In this document: positions 9,885 through 19,013 of the stretch, piece after piece
Numbering within the stretch: the first letter of the stretch is position 1
How the letters are laid out: each line of letters starts with the position of its first letter
NCBI GenBank assembly: GCA_016839555.1
Contig: JAEOUA010000008.1
Location: 32,001 to 96,000 of the forward strand
Length of the DNA: 64,000 bases
From: Promethearchaeota archaeon
GTDB taxonomy: Archaea; Asgardarchaeota; Lokiarchaeia; Sigyniarchaeales; SOKP01
Direction of reading: 5' to 3'
Translations under genes and position numbers: made by a program
The notes under the pieces: generated by a model
The model's input: only the letters and a program-made list of their open reading frames with translations
Database searches by the model: none
What the model was told of the DNA's origin: nothing

Positions 9885-10154
9885 TTAACTCCTTTGAATT
9901 ATTTCTTCTAATTGTTTTATTCTTTTTTCTAAAGACTCGATTTTTTTCTCTTGTTCAATGGCAAACGAAACAAATAAAACTTCAGAAAGCATCGGACGTC
10001 CTCCCATACTCCCTGCGTCCGCATGAATTCGAGCATAATTCATTAATTTATCAAAAATTTTTGCATCTTCTGGTCGTAAAGCGCGCTTATAGTCTTTCCA
10101 GCTTTCAATCTCTTTTTCTAATGCCGGTCGAAACGAAGGAACCGTTCTACCCAT
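9885..10154 (-). CDS. Small PolB2-associated protein (arCOG07300-like)
   Basis: MGRTVPSFR...W..YKRALR.ED...FD signature; stop 1 nt before the polB2 start (alternative GTG at 10163). Confidence 0.85.
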   Translation of the reverse strand: MGRTVPSFRPALEKEIESWKDYKRALRPEDAKIFDKLMNYARIHADAGSMGGRPMLSEVLFVSFAIEQEKKIESLEKRIKQLEEIIQRS

Positions 10155-10194
10155 GGTATTCACTTTATTCTCAATTTATGGTTTTATTTTAATC

Positions 10195-10258
10195 GTGATA
10201 TTTACCTTTTTTTAATCGGAAGCTTTTTGACGAAATATATAAAAAGGCGAAAAATCAC
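10195..10258. promoter_or_regulatory. Imperfect inverted repeat enclosing a TATA-like element upstream of the polB2 operon
   Basis: GTGATATTTACCTTTTT ... AAAAAGGCGAAAAATCAC; TTTTATATAT on the minus strand inside. Confidence 0.4.
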
Positions 10259-10555
10259 ATGATAATAATCTATAGAATAAGTTTTTTACTGCATTTAAAC
10301 CCTAATAGAGCAAAAATTTTCTATAAATCTTATAACACATCAGTTTTGAAATTGAGATTATATTGTAACAAAAAATGGACTAAAGAAGTACTTTTAAGGA
10401 TAATTTTTATTTATAAAAAAAAGTATTTCTTTTGGGAGTTTAGCAATTCACAAGAGGATTTTAGAAGAAGTTAAAGGTTTAAAAGTAATATTATTTTTTT
10501 AAAAAGTTTTTATAGGTGAAATTTATTAGTGATCTAAGAAAAAAAGGTATTAGAA

Positions 10556-13129
10556 ATGTTGAGGTATAAAAAAATCGGAGTGTTATTGATATTTATCTTA
10601 ATTTTTAGTTTTTCAGCATTTATATTCCAAAGCATAGATAGAAATAGTCTCGATGATAATAAATATTTTCCATTTACCAATTCTAAGGAAAAAAGTCTTC
10701 AATCATCTGGTATTCAGCCTATTAACTTGAGTTTATTTGAAGATTGGAATTTAACAGAGCCGTTTTTTGACCGTCATAATGAAGAATTGTTGGTTATCGA
10801 AAATATTGAAGGATATAATGTAAGTTTAAATTGTGTTGTAAAAAATCTTCGAGATAGAAGTAGTGAAGAAAATTACTATCCTGAAGCCATAAGTTTAAGT
10901 TTATACCAACATAATTCAACGAATTGGACTTATATAGGAAGCTTTTCAGATATTTCAAATGGAAGTGGTTATATAAATATAGATATTTCTATTCCAAAAA
11001 ATATCTCAGGATATTTTGCGATAGGTAGCATCGTAAACGTAACATTTGATATTTTTTTTACTCTTAGTGATAATAATACTCGAGAGATTCAAGCAATTTA
11101 TCAACAAAATAGATGGACTATTAATTATAATTCTTCTTATATTATAGGGAATTATACTTCTATCATTAGTAATTTATCTTCTGCTCTTGATTTAGAACTT
11201 ATACGAGGATATGACGGTGCGAATTGGAGACCAATAATCCAATATCAATTTTTTGAAACTTTGAGCATTTTTGAAAGTTTTTCAAAATACTTAATTGAAT
11301 TTTCTGTGCAAACACTTGAAATAGCCTATAATGATTACCTTGAAGTGGGAGATGATTTAGGTCTATATATAGTTCCCAAAGTAGACGGGAATCTCTCTGT
11401 GACTTTTTTAGGTGTTAATAACGAAGTTCTAATAAATAATACTCAAATCGTTACAAAGAACAAGATGATTAATTATTCTTGGCAGATGAATGCATCCAAT
11501 CCCGGAGGTATTGGTGAATTAAGTATTGAATTCAAAGGTGAAACCATGTTTAATGTATCATACATAAATTCTCAGATTGAGTTTCATAAACAATCAAAAA
11601 TAGAAATTGCGGGATTAATTGTTGGTGATGACTTTACAAATACAACTCAGGCTTTAGAAACTATCGGTTTAGTAGCAATTTTTACGGATCTTTATAATGA
11701 TTCAGTTATACCAAATGCCACTTTAGAATATAATATTGGTAACTTTTCTGGCGAAATGGATTATATTTATCTAGCAGATTATAGTGGTAATCCAGATGAA
11801 GATTTCTATATATATTTGGAAATTATTGATTTATCTGAACTGAGACTAAAACCAGGAAATTATACTGTTGAAATAATAGCATCTAAAATTGGATATGATA
11901 ATGATACTTATCAACTACCCTTAGAAATTACGAGAGTTTATTGTAATATTTCTACTCCCTTATTATTAAACAATCATATTGATATTTTTATCAATGAACC
12001 ATTTGAATTAGACTTAGATTTATTATATGAGGCATGGACAGATGCCTGGATTAATATTCAAGAGCCAGTAAATTTAACTTTTACAATCTATACTTCAAAT
12101 TGGGAGGAAATAGGAAGTTTACCGACACTAGATACTCAATATGCAGATCCTGAGATAAAAGGGGTAATTGAATCTGGTGATGCTTATCCCGGCGATTACT
12201 TTATTGAAGTGGCTGTTGAATCTCCCTTTTATTATGGAAGAAAAAATATTTCACTCACTATAAAAAACCAGTTAAGTATATTTCTCATAGCACCACCGAA
12301 TATTGCTCATCCAGATGTTATCAATTTGAATTGGATAAGTGATGGATTGTTCTTTGGAGATACAAGAGGGCTTGTATTAATTCTTATAGATGGTAAGCCA
12401 TATGGTATTCAGCCCTTATTGCCGCTTTCTTCTCTTCAAATAGATTCCAATGATCTATCTGCTGGACAACATGTAATACAGGTTTTGATTCAATCAGATT
12501 ATTATATAGGTCAGACTATTCGAACTATTAATATAGAATTATCCTTTTGGGAACAATATGGGATCATTATTCTTACTGTAATTGGAATAATAGCAATAGC
12601 GCTTTTGGTTTTGGCGGGATACCAACGAAGGAAGAAAAAACTCAAACAAAAAGAATGGGCCTCTTTAGGTGCGATGATGGCAATAAAAGACGGTATGAAT
12701 ATGTTTACAATTAAGCGTTCAAAAAAATCAAAATATTCATACGAATTGAGCGCCGATGAAGATTTATTTACTGGAATGATTGAAGCTATCAAAAATTTCG
12801 CAAAAGAGATTAATTTAAGTTCTGGAGATACCACCAGATTTCAAGGTGATCAAGGCATGATAACAATAATACCTGAAAATGAGCGAAGATTTAATTTAGT
12901 TTTTCTCAGCCAAGATGAACTTAAACATATTGAATCTGATTTGAGGTCAATATTTGTACAGAGTTTAAGAAGATATTATGATGCTCATATTGGTGATTGG
13001 AAGGGCGATTTAAGTTTATTTAAAATTTATCTAAATAAAGCACAGCGATTAATTAATTCTGATTCTATAGCGAAAGCAAAGAAAAGGGGTAAAAAAGAAA
13101 AGGTCTATGATTATGAAATGCAAACTTAA
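10556..13129 (+). CDS. Surface/receptor-like membrane protein: beta-rich ectodomain, TM helix, cytoplasmic longin/roadblock-like domain
   Basis: N-terminal hydrophobic signal; many N-x-S/T sequons; Ig-like PGNYTVEIIASKIGY; TM followed by RRKKK; DEDLFTGMIEAIKNFAKEI motif. Confidence 0.7.
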   Translation: MLRYKKIGVLLIFILIFSFSAFIFQSIDRNSLDDNKYFPFTNSKEKSLQSSGIQPINLSLFEDWNLTEPFFDRHNEELLVIENIEGYNVSLNCVVKNLRDRSSEENYYPEAISLSLYQHNSTNWTYIGSFSDISNGSGYINIDISIPKNISGYFAIGSIVNVTFDIFFTLSDNNTREIQAIYQQNRWTINYNSSYIIGNYTSIISNLSSALDLELIRGYDGANWRPIIQYQFFETLSIFESFSKYLIEFSVQTLEIAYNDYLEVGDDLGLYIVPKVDGNLSVTFLGVNNEVLINNTQIVTKNKMINYSWQMNASNPGGIGELSIEFKGETMFNVSYINSQIEFHKQSKIEIAGLIVGDDFTNTTQALETIGLVAIFTDLYNDSVIPNATLEYNIGNFSGEMDYIYLADYSGNPDEDFYIYLEIIDLSELRLKPGNYTVEIIASKIGYDNDTYQLPLEITRVYCNISTPLLLNNHIDIFINEPFELDLDLLYEAWTDAWINIQEPVNLTFTIYTSNWEEIGSLPTLDTQYADPEIKGVIESGDAYPGDYFIEVAVESPFYYGRKNISLTIKNQLSIFLIAPPNIAHPDVINLNWISDGLFFGDTRGLVLILIDGKPYGIQPLLPLSSLQIDSNDLSAGQHVIQVLIQSDYYIGQTIRTINIELSFWEQYGIIILTVIGIIAIALLVLAGYQRRKKKLKQKEWASLGAMMAIKDGMNMFTIKRSKKSKYSYELSADEDLFTGMIEAIKNFAKEINLSSGDTTRFQGDQGMITIIPENERRFNLVFLSQDELKHIESDLRSIFVQSLRRYYDAHIGDWKGDLSLFKIYLNKAQRLINSDSIAKAKKRGKKEKVYDYEMQT

Positions 13130-13261
13130 AATTTATAATTTTTTTTTTTGCATCTTTTTTTTATTCCACCTTCTAATAAATATTTTAAATTAAAGGAATA
13201 ATATATCAATATAATTTAATTTTGAAAAGATTTAATATTTAATAAGAATAGGATTGTTAAT

Positions 13262-13681
13262 ATGAGTTTAAATTATAAGGATCATGCTCCTTGTGGTATT
13301 TATTGTAAAATGTGTCCTGGTGTACAAGTTTATGGATGTAAAGGTTGTAGGGTAGAAAAGGGACAAATCAAGGATTTTCCAGTTTGTAAAACCTATGAAT
13401 GCGTGAAAAATAAAAGCCATACATTTTGTGTTGAATGCGGAGATTTTCCTTGCGAAAAACTGCAGCCAATTGTCAATTTCGAGATTTTTGTTCCTCACAA
13501 TTCAAAAATCTATAATCTTTTGATGATAAAGAAGTTGGGGATCGAGAAATGGAATGAAATATGCGAAGAAAAAACCATTTTATATTATCATGGGAAGAAA
13601 GTAAAATATGGAGGAGATCCTCTTACACTAGAAGAAAAAGATAAAAATTTGTATAAAAAGAAAGAAAATAAGGAAAAATAA
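13262..13681 (+). CDS. DUF3795-like Cys-rich protein
   Basis: APCGIYCKMC, CKGCR, C..YEC, FCVECGDFPC. Confidence 0.85.
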   Translation: MSLNYKDHAPCGIYCKMCPGVQVYGCKGCRVEKGQIKDFPVCKTYECVKNKSHTFCVECGDFPCEKLQPIVNFEIFVPHNSKIYNLLMIKKLGIEKWNEICEEKTILYYHGKKVKYGGDPLTLEEKDKNLYKKKENKEK

Positions 13682-13747
13682 TTCTTTTTATTTATTATAT
13701 TCTTTTGATAATTTCATTAAAGATCGTTTCTTTTAAATTTTCGACAA

Positions 13748-16700
13748 TTAAGTATATTTGTGTGAACGTCCTCTGTAAAAATATGAAATATTTTCTGCAA
13801 TAATTTTTATAAGTTCGTCTTGCTGGGTGATAGAACAAACCATTTCATTAGGATTTTCCGTCATAGGCCCATAAAAAGCCTCCTCTTGGTCTCGATTAGC
13901 TGCAACCACTGATACATCCATCTCAGTTATAACACGTATATCTATATTAGCTTTTTCAATTAATTTATCTGCTATTTGTCTATCAATTTGAGGGGAAGCA
14001 ATAGTTACCTTCTGACTAATTTTAGTCGCCATAATAGTATCCACCGGTAATATATTCATATCTGGAACTATTATAAAAATAAGTAATTTTGTTCTTTTTA
14101 TCATCGCATCTAAATAAGCCTTAATACTATTTTGAGAAACAATTTGCCAAGTACCTTCTGCTTGAAGTATTTCCATGGTTTTCACATCCTCCCATACTTC
14201 TGCGAGAATATTTTTAAGGTCAGTTGCAGCAACTATAACATTATCAATAGGATCTGTAACTCCCTTAACAGCTTTGTCGAAAGATTCTAACATATCTTTT
14301 ATAAGTTTATCAAGATTATTCATTGACTCTTTACCAACTTTATTTGTTGCCTCTATAAAGCTCCTATCAATTTCTCTAACTTCATTTATAAGCGCTCCCT
14401 TCAATTCCTCTATAGAAGAGATGAAACTTTCAACTGCTTTCCCCATAATTTCAAAATATATTTTCTGAAGTGCATTAAGATTATCATTAATTTTAGTTTG
14501 GGTCGAATCTGCTGTAGCATTTGATTTGTCAATAAGATTATTTGAGAAATCAATAAGGTTTTTTGTGAAATTTGAATAATAATTTGTAGTTTTTCTAGCG
14601 CCCTCTTCAAAAATATTCGATATTTGTGTTTGCAATTCATTGATTTTTGTAGATATGTCGGTAATAGCATTTTCAACATCGGTTGTAAGTTTTTCATTAA
14701 AATTTCTGGCTAAATTATTGAATTCATTATTTAATTTGGAAATACTTGCTTTAACAGCTTCATTTGAACCTTTGATTGTTGTGTCTATATTTCTTTTAGT
14801 ATCGTTAAAAGTTCCCTCAATTCCCATCTCAATTTCAGATAAATCAGTATCTAATTGGCTTGAAAAATTAGAGATGCTATTGGAAAGTGAATCTGCAATT
14901 TTTTTTAATGTGCTTTCCTGTAACGATTTTAGTTTGTGATTAAATTCTGTTGATTTGCTCTCAATCTCTTGTTTAATAGAATTTAGATTTACCGAGGAGA
15001 TATTCTTTACTTTTTCAATTTCCGATGTGAAGCTTGCTGAAAACTCCTCAATCTTAATATCAAATTCATCCTTAATAGATCCAAATTTATTCTGGTTTGC
15101 CATATTATATTCTTTATACTTTTCTTTAATATAATCAATAATTGACTGAGTTGTAGTAGCAAATAGTTCTTTGGTCTCTAGAAAAATTGGTTTACCTAAT
15201 TCCGAGATCTTTCTCTTATGTTCGCTAATTCTATTGTTAAGATTCTGTTTTTGCTCAATTAAACTTGAATTTAGATTATTTATTTGCTTATCAAAAGTAC
15301 CTTTTATTTCTGCTGTTTGTTGAGTAAGAAAGTTATTAATTATAGCCTTTTTTTCTTCTAAATTTAATTGACTTTCCAAATTATTCTTAATAGTTTCAAA
15401 CTTGGTTTTTGTTCCATCTTCATATTCTTTAAACTTTTGTTTAATAAAATCAGTAGCAGATTGAATATTAGTACTAAATTGTTCTTTAATTTCTGTAAAG
15501 AGGGGTGTGGCAAACTCGGAAGCCAATTTCTTCTGCCCATCAATTTTATCATTGAATTTCTCTTTTTGTTTTAATAAACCGGTTCCCAGCGAATTAAATT
15601 GTTCATTAAAGGTATTTTTTATATCAGCTAGTTTTTTTGTAAAAAAAGCTTCAAGTCCAATTCTTTTTTCTTTTAAATTAGGTTCAGCCTTTAATTTTTT
15701 ATTAATTTTTTCAAATTGATCTTTTATTCCATCTTCATATTGTTTAAATTTTTGCTTAATAAAGTCAGTAGTAGATTGTATATTATTAGCAAACTGTTCT
15801 TTTATATCTTTAAATATTGGTGCTCCAAAATCAGAAGCCTTTTTCATTTGTTCGTTAATTTTACTATTAAAATTCTTTTTTTGGGTGATTAAAACCGAAT
15901 CCAAATCATTGATTTGAGCGGTAAAACTATTCTTTAGATCAGTTAAGGTTTGCGTGAAATATGTATGTAGATTTGATTTTTGCTCCTTAAGATCTAACTG
16001 AGTTTCTAACTTGTTTTTAATAGTTTCAAATTGGTTTTTTGTTCTATCTTCATATTCTTTAAATTTCTGCGTAATAAAATTAATAGCAGATTGAAATTCA
16101 GTAGTAAATAATTCTATAGTTTCTTTAAAGAATAAATCTAAAAAATTAGAGAATTTTTCTTTCTTTTCTTCAATTTTACCATCAAAGATCTCCTTTTGTT
16201 CATTAAGATCAGAATTAAGTATATTTATTTGCTCATCGAAAATACTTTTTAAATCTACTAATTTTTGTGAGAAATACGCATCAAGACTATTTCTTTGTTC
16301 CTTTAGAGTAGTTTCTAAAGAGGATTTTCCTTCATCTAAGTCTATTAATAAGGTATTTTGAAGTTCTAGTAAATTATTTGCGGTTTGTTCGCTAAGATTA
16401 GAGAGTTCTTCAAAAAAATTTTCGCGGTTTAAGGTTATAGTATTATCGAATTCTGTTTTTAATATTTCCATTTGAGAATCTATATTTTTTTTAAGAGAAT
16501 TAGAATTTTCTAAATTTTTTGTTTTTAGATTACTTAAAGATTTATCAAGATTAGTGTTTGTTGAATTAGATAAATTATCCAATTCAGTAAATGTTTCTGT
16601 ACTCCAATTTTTTAATTGTTCCATCGTTTTCTCTTGCTGTGATTTATTTTCAGCAATAGCTTTATCTTTAGCATTATTTAATGTGGTTGAAAATTGATTT

Positions 16701-17398
16701 TTTGCTTTGTTGAATAAATTTTCCACGGCTTTATCCAATCCTTCAAAATCTTTAATAATAGAATCTTTAGTTTCATTTGCGTTGATGTTTGAATCTTCTC
16801 TAAATTTCCCTATAGAAGATTCGTTTTCTTTCTTAAAATTCATAATATTAGTTTCTACGCTGTTTTTTGTTGAAGTAATTGATTCTTCTACCTTCCGCTC
16901 GCCTTCATTTAATGCTGCTTTATGCTCAGAAGTAGATTTTTGCATTGCCTCTGTAATATTATCATCTGCTTTTTTAATACTTTCTTTAATAGCAGCCTTT
17001 TCATTCTCAATAACAGTCTCAATATTACTGCGGACTTCTAAAAATTCATTCTTAGTTTCAGTTTTTAGTTTTTGCAAAGAAATCTTAATTTTCTCTTTCT
17101 CATCTTCCATTTTACTATTAAAATCTTCTAAATGTTTTATAAATCCTTCGAATGGTGGAACACTTATATAAACATCAACAAGTCCACCAGCTTTTTGGTA
17201 CTTTTGAGCAAGCCCTTTAACAACCAAACCCTCTAAAACTTCTTTAATTTTCTCATAATTAGTTTCTTGATCAATTTTAGTATAGATACAGACTTCTCCC
17301 ACTGTAAGTTTACTTTTAATCAGTAGCAACTCATAACAGAGTGCTTCTATATCATTTAAACCTAATTTCTCTTGGGCTATTGTTTTAAATCTTTGCAT
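13748..17398 (-). CDS. TrmB-like wHTH + ~1000-aa amphipathic coiled coil + TrmB/PLD-like C-terminal domain
   Basis: LGLNDIEALCYELLL...LEGLVVKGLA...Y..VPPF; C-terminal IKAYLDAMIKRTK.IFIIVP...RDQEEAFYG; no Walker motifs, so not SMC. Confidence 0.75.
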   Translation of the reverse strand: MQRFKTIAQEKLGLNDIEALCYELLLIKSKLTVGEVCIYTKIDQETNYEKIKEVLEGLVVKGLAQKYQKAGGLVDVYISVPPFEGFIKHLEDFNSKMEDEKEKIKISLQKLKTETKNEFLEVRSNIETVIENEKAAIKESIKKADDNITEAMQKSTSEHKAALNEGERKVEESITSTKNSVETNIMNFKKENESSIGKFREDSNINANETKDSIIKDFEGLDKAVENLFNKAKNQFSTTLNNAKDKAIAENKSQQEKTMEQLKNWSTETFTELDNLSNSTNTNLDKSLSNLKTKNLENSNSLKKNIDSQMEILKTEFDNTITLNRENFFEELSNLSEQTANNLLELQNTLLIDLDEGKSSLETTLKEQRNSLDAYFSQKLVDLKSIFDEQINILNSDLNEQKEIFDGKIEEKKEKFSNFLDLFFKETIELFTTEFQSAINFITQKFKEYEDRTKNQFETIKNKLETQLDLKEQKSNLHTYFTQTLTDLKNSFTAQINDLDSVLITQKKNFNSKINEQMKKASDFGAPIFKDIKEQFANNIQSTTDFIKQKFKQYEDGIKDQFEKINKKLKAEPNLKEKRIGLEAFFTKKLADIKNTFNEQFNSLGTGLLKQKEKFNDKIDGQKKLASEFATPLFTEIKEQFSTNIQSATDFIKQKFKEYEDGTKTKFETIKNNLESQLNLEEKKAIINNFLTQQTAEIKGTFDKQINNLNSSLIEQKQNLNNRISEHKRKISELGKPIFLETKELFATTTQSIIDYIKEKYKEYNMANQNKFGSIKDEFDIKIEEFSASFTSEIEKVKNISSVNLNSIKQEIESKSTEFNHKLKSLQESTLKKIADSLSNSISNFSSQLDTDLSEIEMGIEGTFNDTKRNIDTTIKGSNEAVKASISKLNNEFNNLARNFNEKLTTDVENAITDISTKINELQTQISNIFEEGARKTTNYYSNFTKNLIDFSNNLIDKSNATADSTQTKINDNLNALQKIYFEIMGKAVESFISSIEELKGALINEVREIDRSFIEATNKVGKESMNNLDKLIKDMLESFDKAVKGVTDPIDNVIVAATDLKNILAEVWEDVKTMEILQAEGTWQIVSQNSIKAYLDAMIKRTKLLIFIIVPDMNILPVDTIMATKISQKVTIASPQIDRQIADKLIEKANIDIRVITEMDVSVVAANRDQEEAFYGPMTENPNEMVCSITQQDELIKIIAENISYFYRGRSHKYT
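15105..16310 (-). repeat. Intragenic tandem repeat, 315-bp (105-aa) unit, about 3.8 copies
   Basis: F..NIQS..DFIKQKFKEYED unit recurs near 16082, 15767, 15452 and 15137. Confidence 0.85.
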
Positions 17399-17541
17399 AA
17401 GTTAATTAGAGCGGGAGAATTTTTAAATCTTTATTAAAAAGTTTGAGATTTCTGATATAAAAATTTAAACAGGTTTTTTATACAGAAATAAATTGTAATT
17501 AGAATGAAATATGTGAAGAAATATTTCTACTTAATCCTCTA

Positions 17542-18297
17542 TCATTTTATCCAGCAATCTAAGGTAGTGTTCTTGGAATTATTTGCTAAATTTCGCTTCG
17601 GTTTTAGAGGTATCCATTTTAATTCTCGCTTCTCTGGTAAAGAGGGATGTTGGACCAAAGTATACTCTACAAAGCGTTCTTCATTTTTAATCATCACCAA
17701 CACATTTCCAAAATGCGAGAGAATTTTTCCTCCTGCTGGTCTAAACTGGGAATATTTATGTAATGTTGCCGTTATCACAATTAAGGGATTCGTGTTAGAA
17801 AGAATAGTTTTTATTCCGCTAATAGCTCGCAATAAGTCCTCAAATGTCTGTTTTTCATAGCTCTGAAATAATTTAGTTATGCCAGAGATGAGAACTACTT
17901 TTATATCTTCCAGTTTCGCAAGTCGATTTTCCAGAAGTTCGACCATCTGATCCCAAGTAAATGCTCGTGCGATGAGAATATTTTCTAACACTTTGCGGGG
18001 GGATAATCGCTTTAACACCGCAAATTTGCTCACATCATAAGGATTAAATCGATTATTACCATCAATAAACGCAACTCTAATCCCATCTCCTAATCCTCCA
18101 TTAGAAAAAGCCTTTTGAACAATCACAGAAGTAGTTAATAAAATAGTGGTGGTTTTTTTTTCATCGCCATAAAGTAAATAAATGAGATTTTGCTGAAATC
18201 CGCCATTTAAAAGCTTATCGAGCGTTGGATCGCCGCTTGAAATCACATTATGCCGATTATTCTTCTTATAAACTCTAAATCCCGAATCAAACTCCAT
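17542..18297 (-). CDS. Inactivated RadA/RecA-like protein (iRadA, ImuA-like)
   Basis: ISSGDPTLDKLLNGG, degenerate Walker A LYGDEKKTT, FIDGNNRFNPY, ILIARAFT, PAGGKILSH. Confidence 0.85.
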   Translation of the reverse strand: MEFDSGFRVYKKNNRHNVISSGDPTLDKLLNGGFQQNLIYLLYGDEKKTTTILLTTSVIVQKAFSNGGLGDGIRVAFIDGNNRFNPYDVSKFAVLKRLSPRKVLENILIARAFTWDQMVELLENRLAKLEDIKVVLISGITKLFQSYEKQTFEDLLRAISGIKTILSNTNPLIVITATLHKYSQFRPAGGKILSHFGNVLVMIKNEERFVEYTLVQHPSLPEKRELKWIPLKPKRNLANNSKNTTLDCWIK

Positions 18298-18621
18298 AAC
18301 TAAAATTAATGAGAAAGGAAACTAAAGGTGGATCGGGGCGACAATTTTTTAAAATCCTCCCTTTTAAATGGAGAGAATAGCTTAACTTATAAATAATATA
18401 AAGGGTGTTTTCTTTAGATGTAAAGGGGTTATATGGGGACAGAGAGAGGTAATTAAAAGTAGAAGTAGATTAGAAAACATAAATCTGAATTAGGCTGACT
18501 CGACAAAAATATTTCTGCCAGTGGCTGGATTAAACAGAAATTATAATTGCTAAAAGCAAAATATAGTTAAAAATTAATTTATCAATAAAAAGAATTAGTC
18601 TTATTAAAAATAATTAATAAG

Positions 18622-18861
18622 TTAATCAATCAGTATCGCTTCCTTTTTACATTGAGTTGTACAAATATGACATTTAATACAAAAGTCTTCTCTTTCTTTC
18701 ACGACCGTGCATTTTGGAATCGATTGCTTGTTAACTACTTTATATACACCACGGAAACACGCCTCTTCACATGAAAAATCCTCACAATTTTTACATTTTT
18801 CAGTATCAATATGATGAAACCTATAATGTTCAATATTTGCTTGTTTGTTTACTTCGGTCAT
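18622..18861 (-). CDS. Ferredoxin-type 4Fe-4S dicluster protein
   Basis: CKNCEDFSCEEAC and CIKCHICTTQC. Confidence 0.85.
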   Translation of the reverse strand: MTEVNKQANIEHYRFHHIDTEKCKNCEDFSCEEACFRGVYKVVNKQSIPKCTVVKEREDFCIKCHICTTQCKKEAILID

Positions 18862-19013
18862 TCATAATAAGAAAGCTATAAGAATAATTTATCAATTTTG
18901 GTTATAATATATAAAAAAACTAAACAATAGCACATTTTCAATCTTTAAAAATCAGAAAAATATTTATATTAGAAAAGATCAATGATGATTAGAAATAAAT
19001 AAAGTTTGAAAAA

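Noticed and set aside
10259-10474. Tracked 71-aa ORF, and 9866..10192
   Set aside because: Low-complexity intergenic or antisense frames without motifs
13748-17398. SMC/Rad50 call
   Set aside because: No Walker A/B, signature or hinge motifs
18490-18532. Cobalamin riboswitch (GCCACUG and GAGUCAG on the minus strand)
   Set aside because: GGGAA, the T-loop and the rest of the B12 box are missing; too short; downstream gene unrelated
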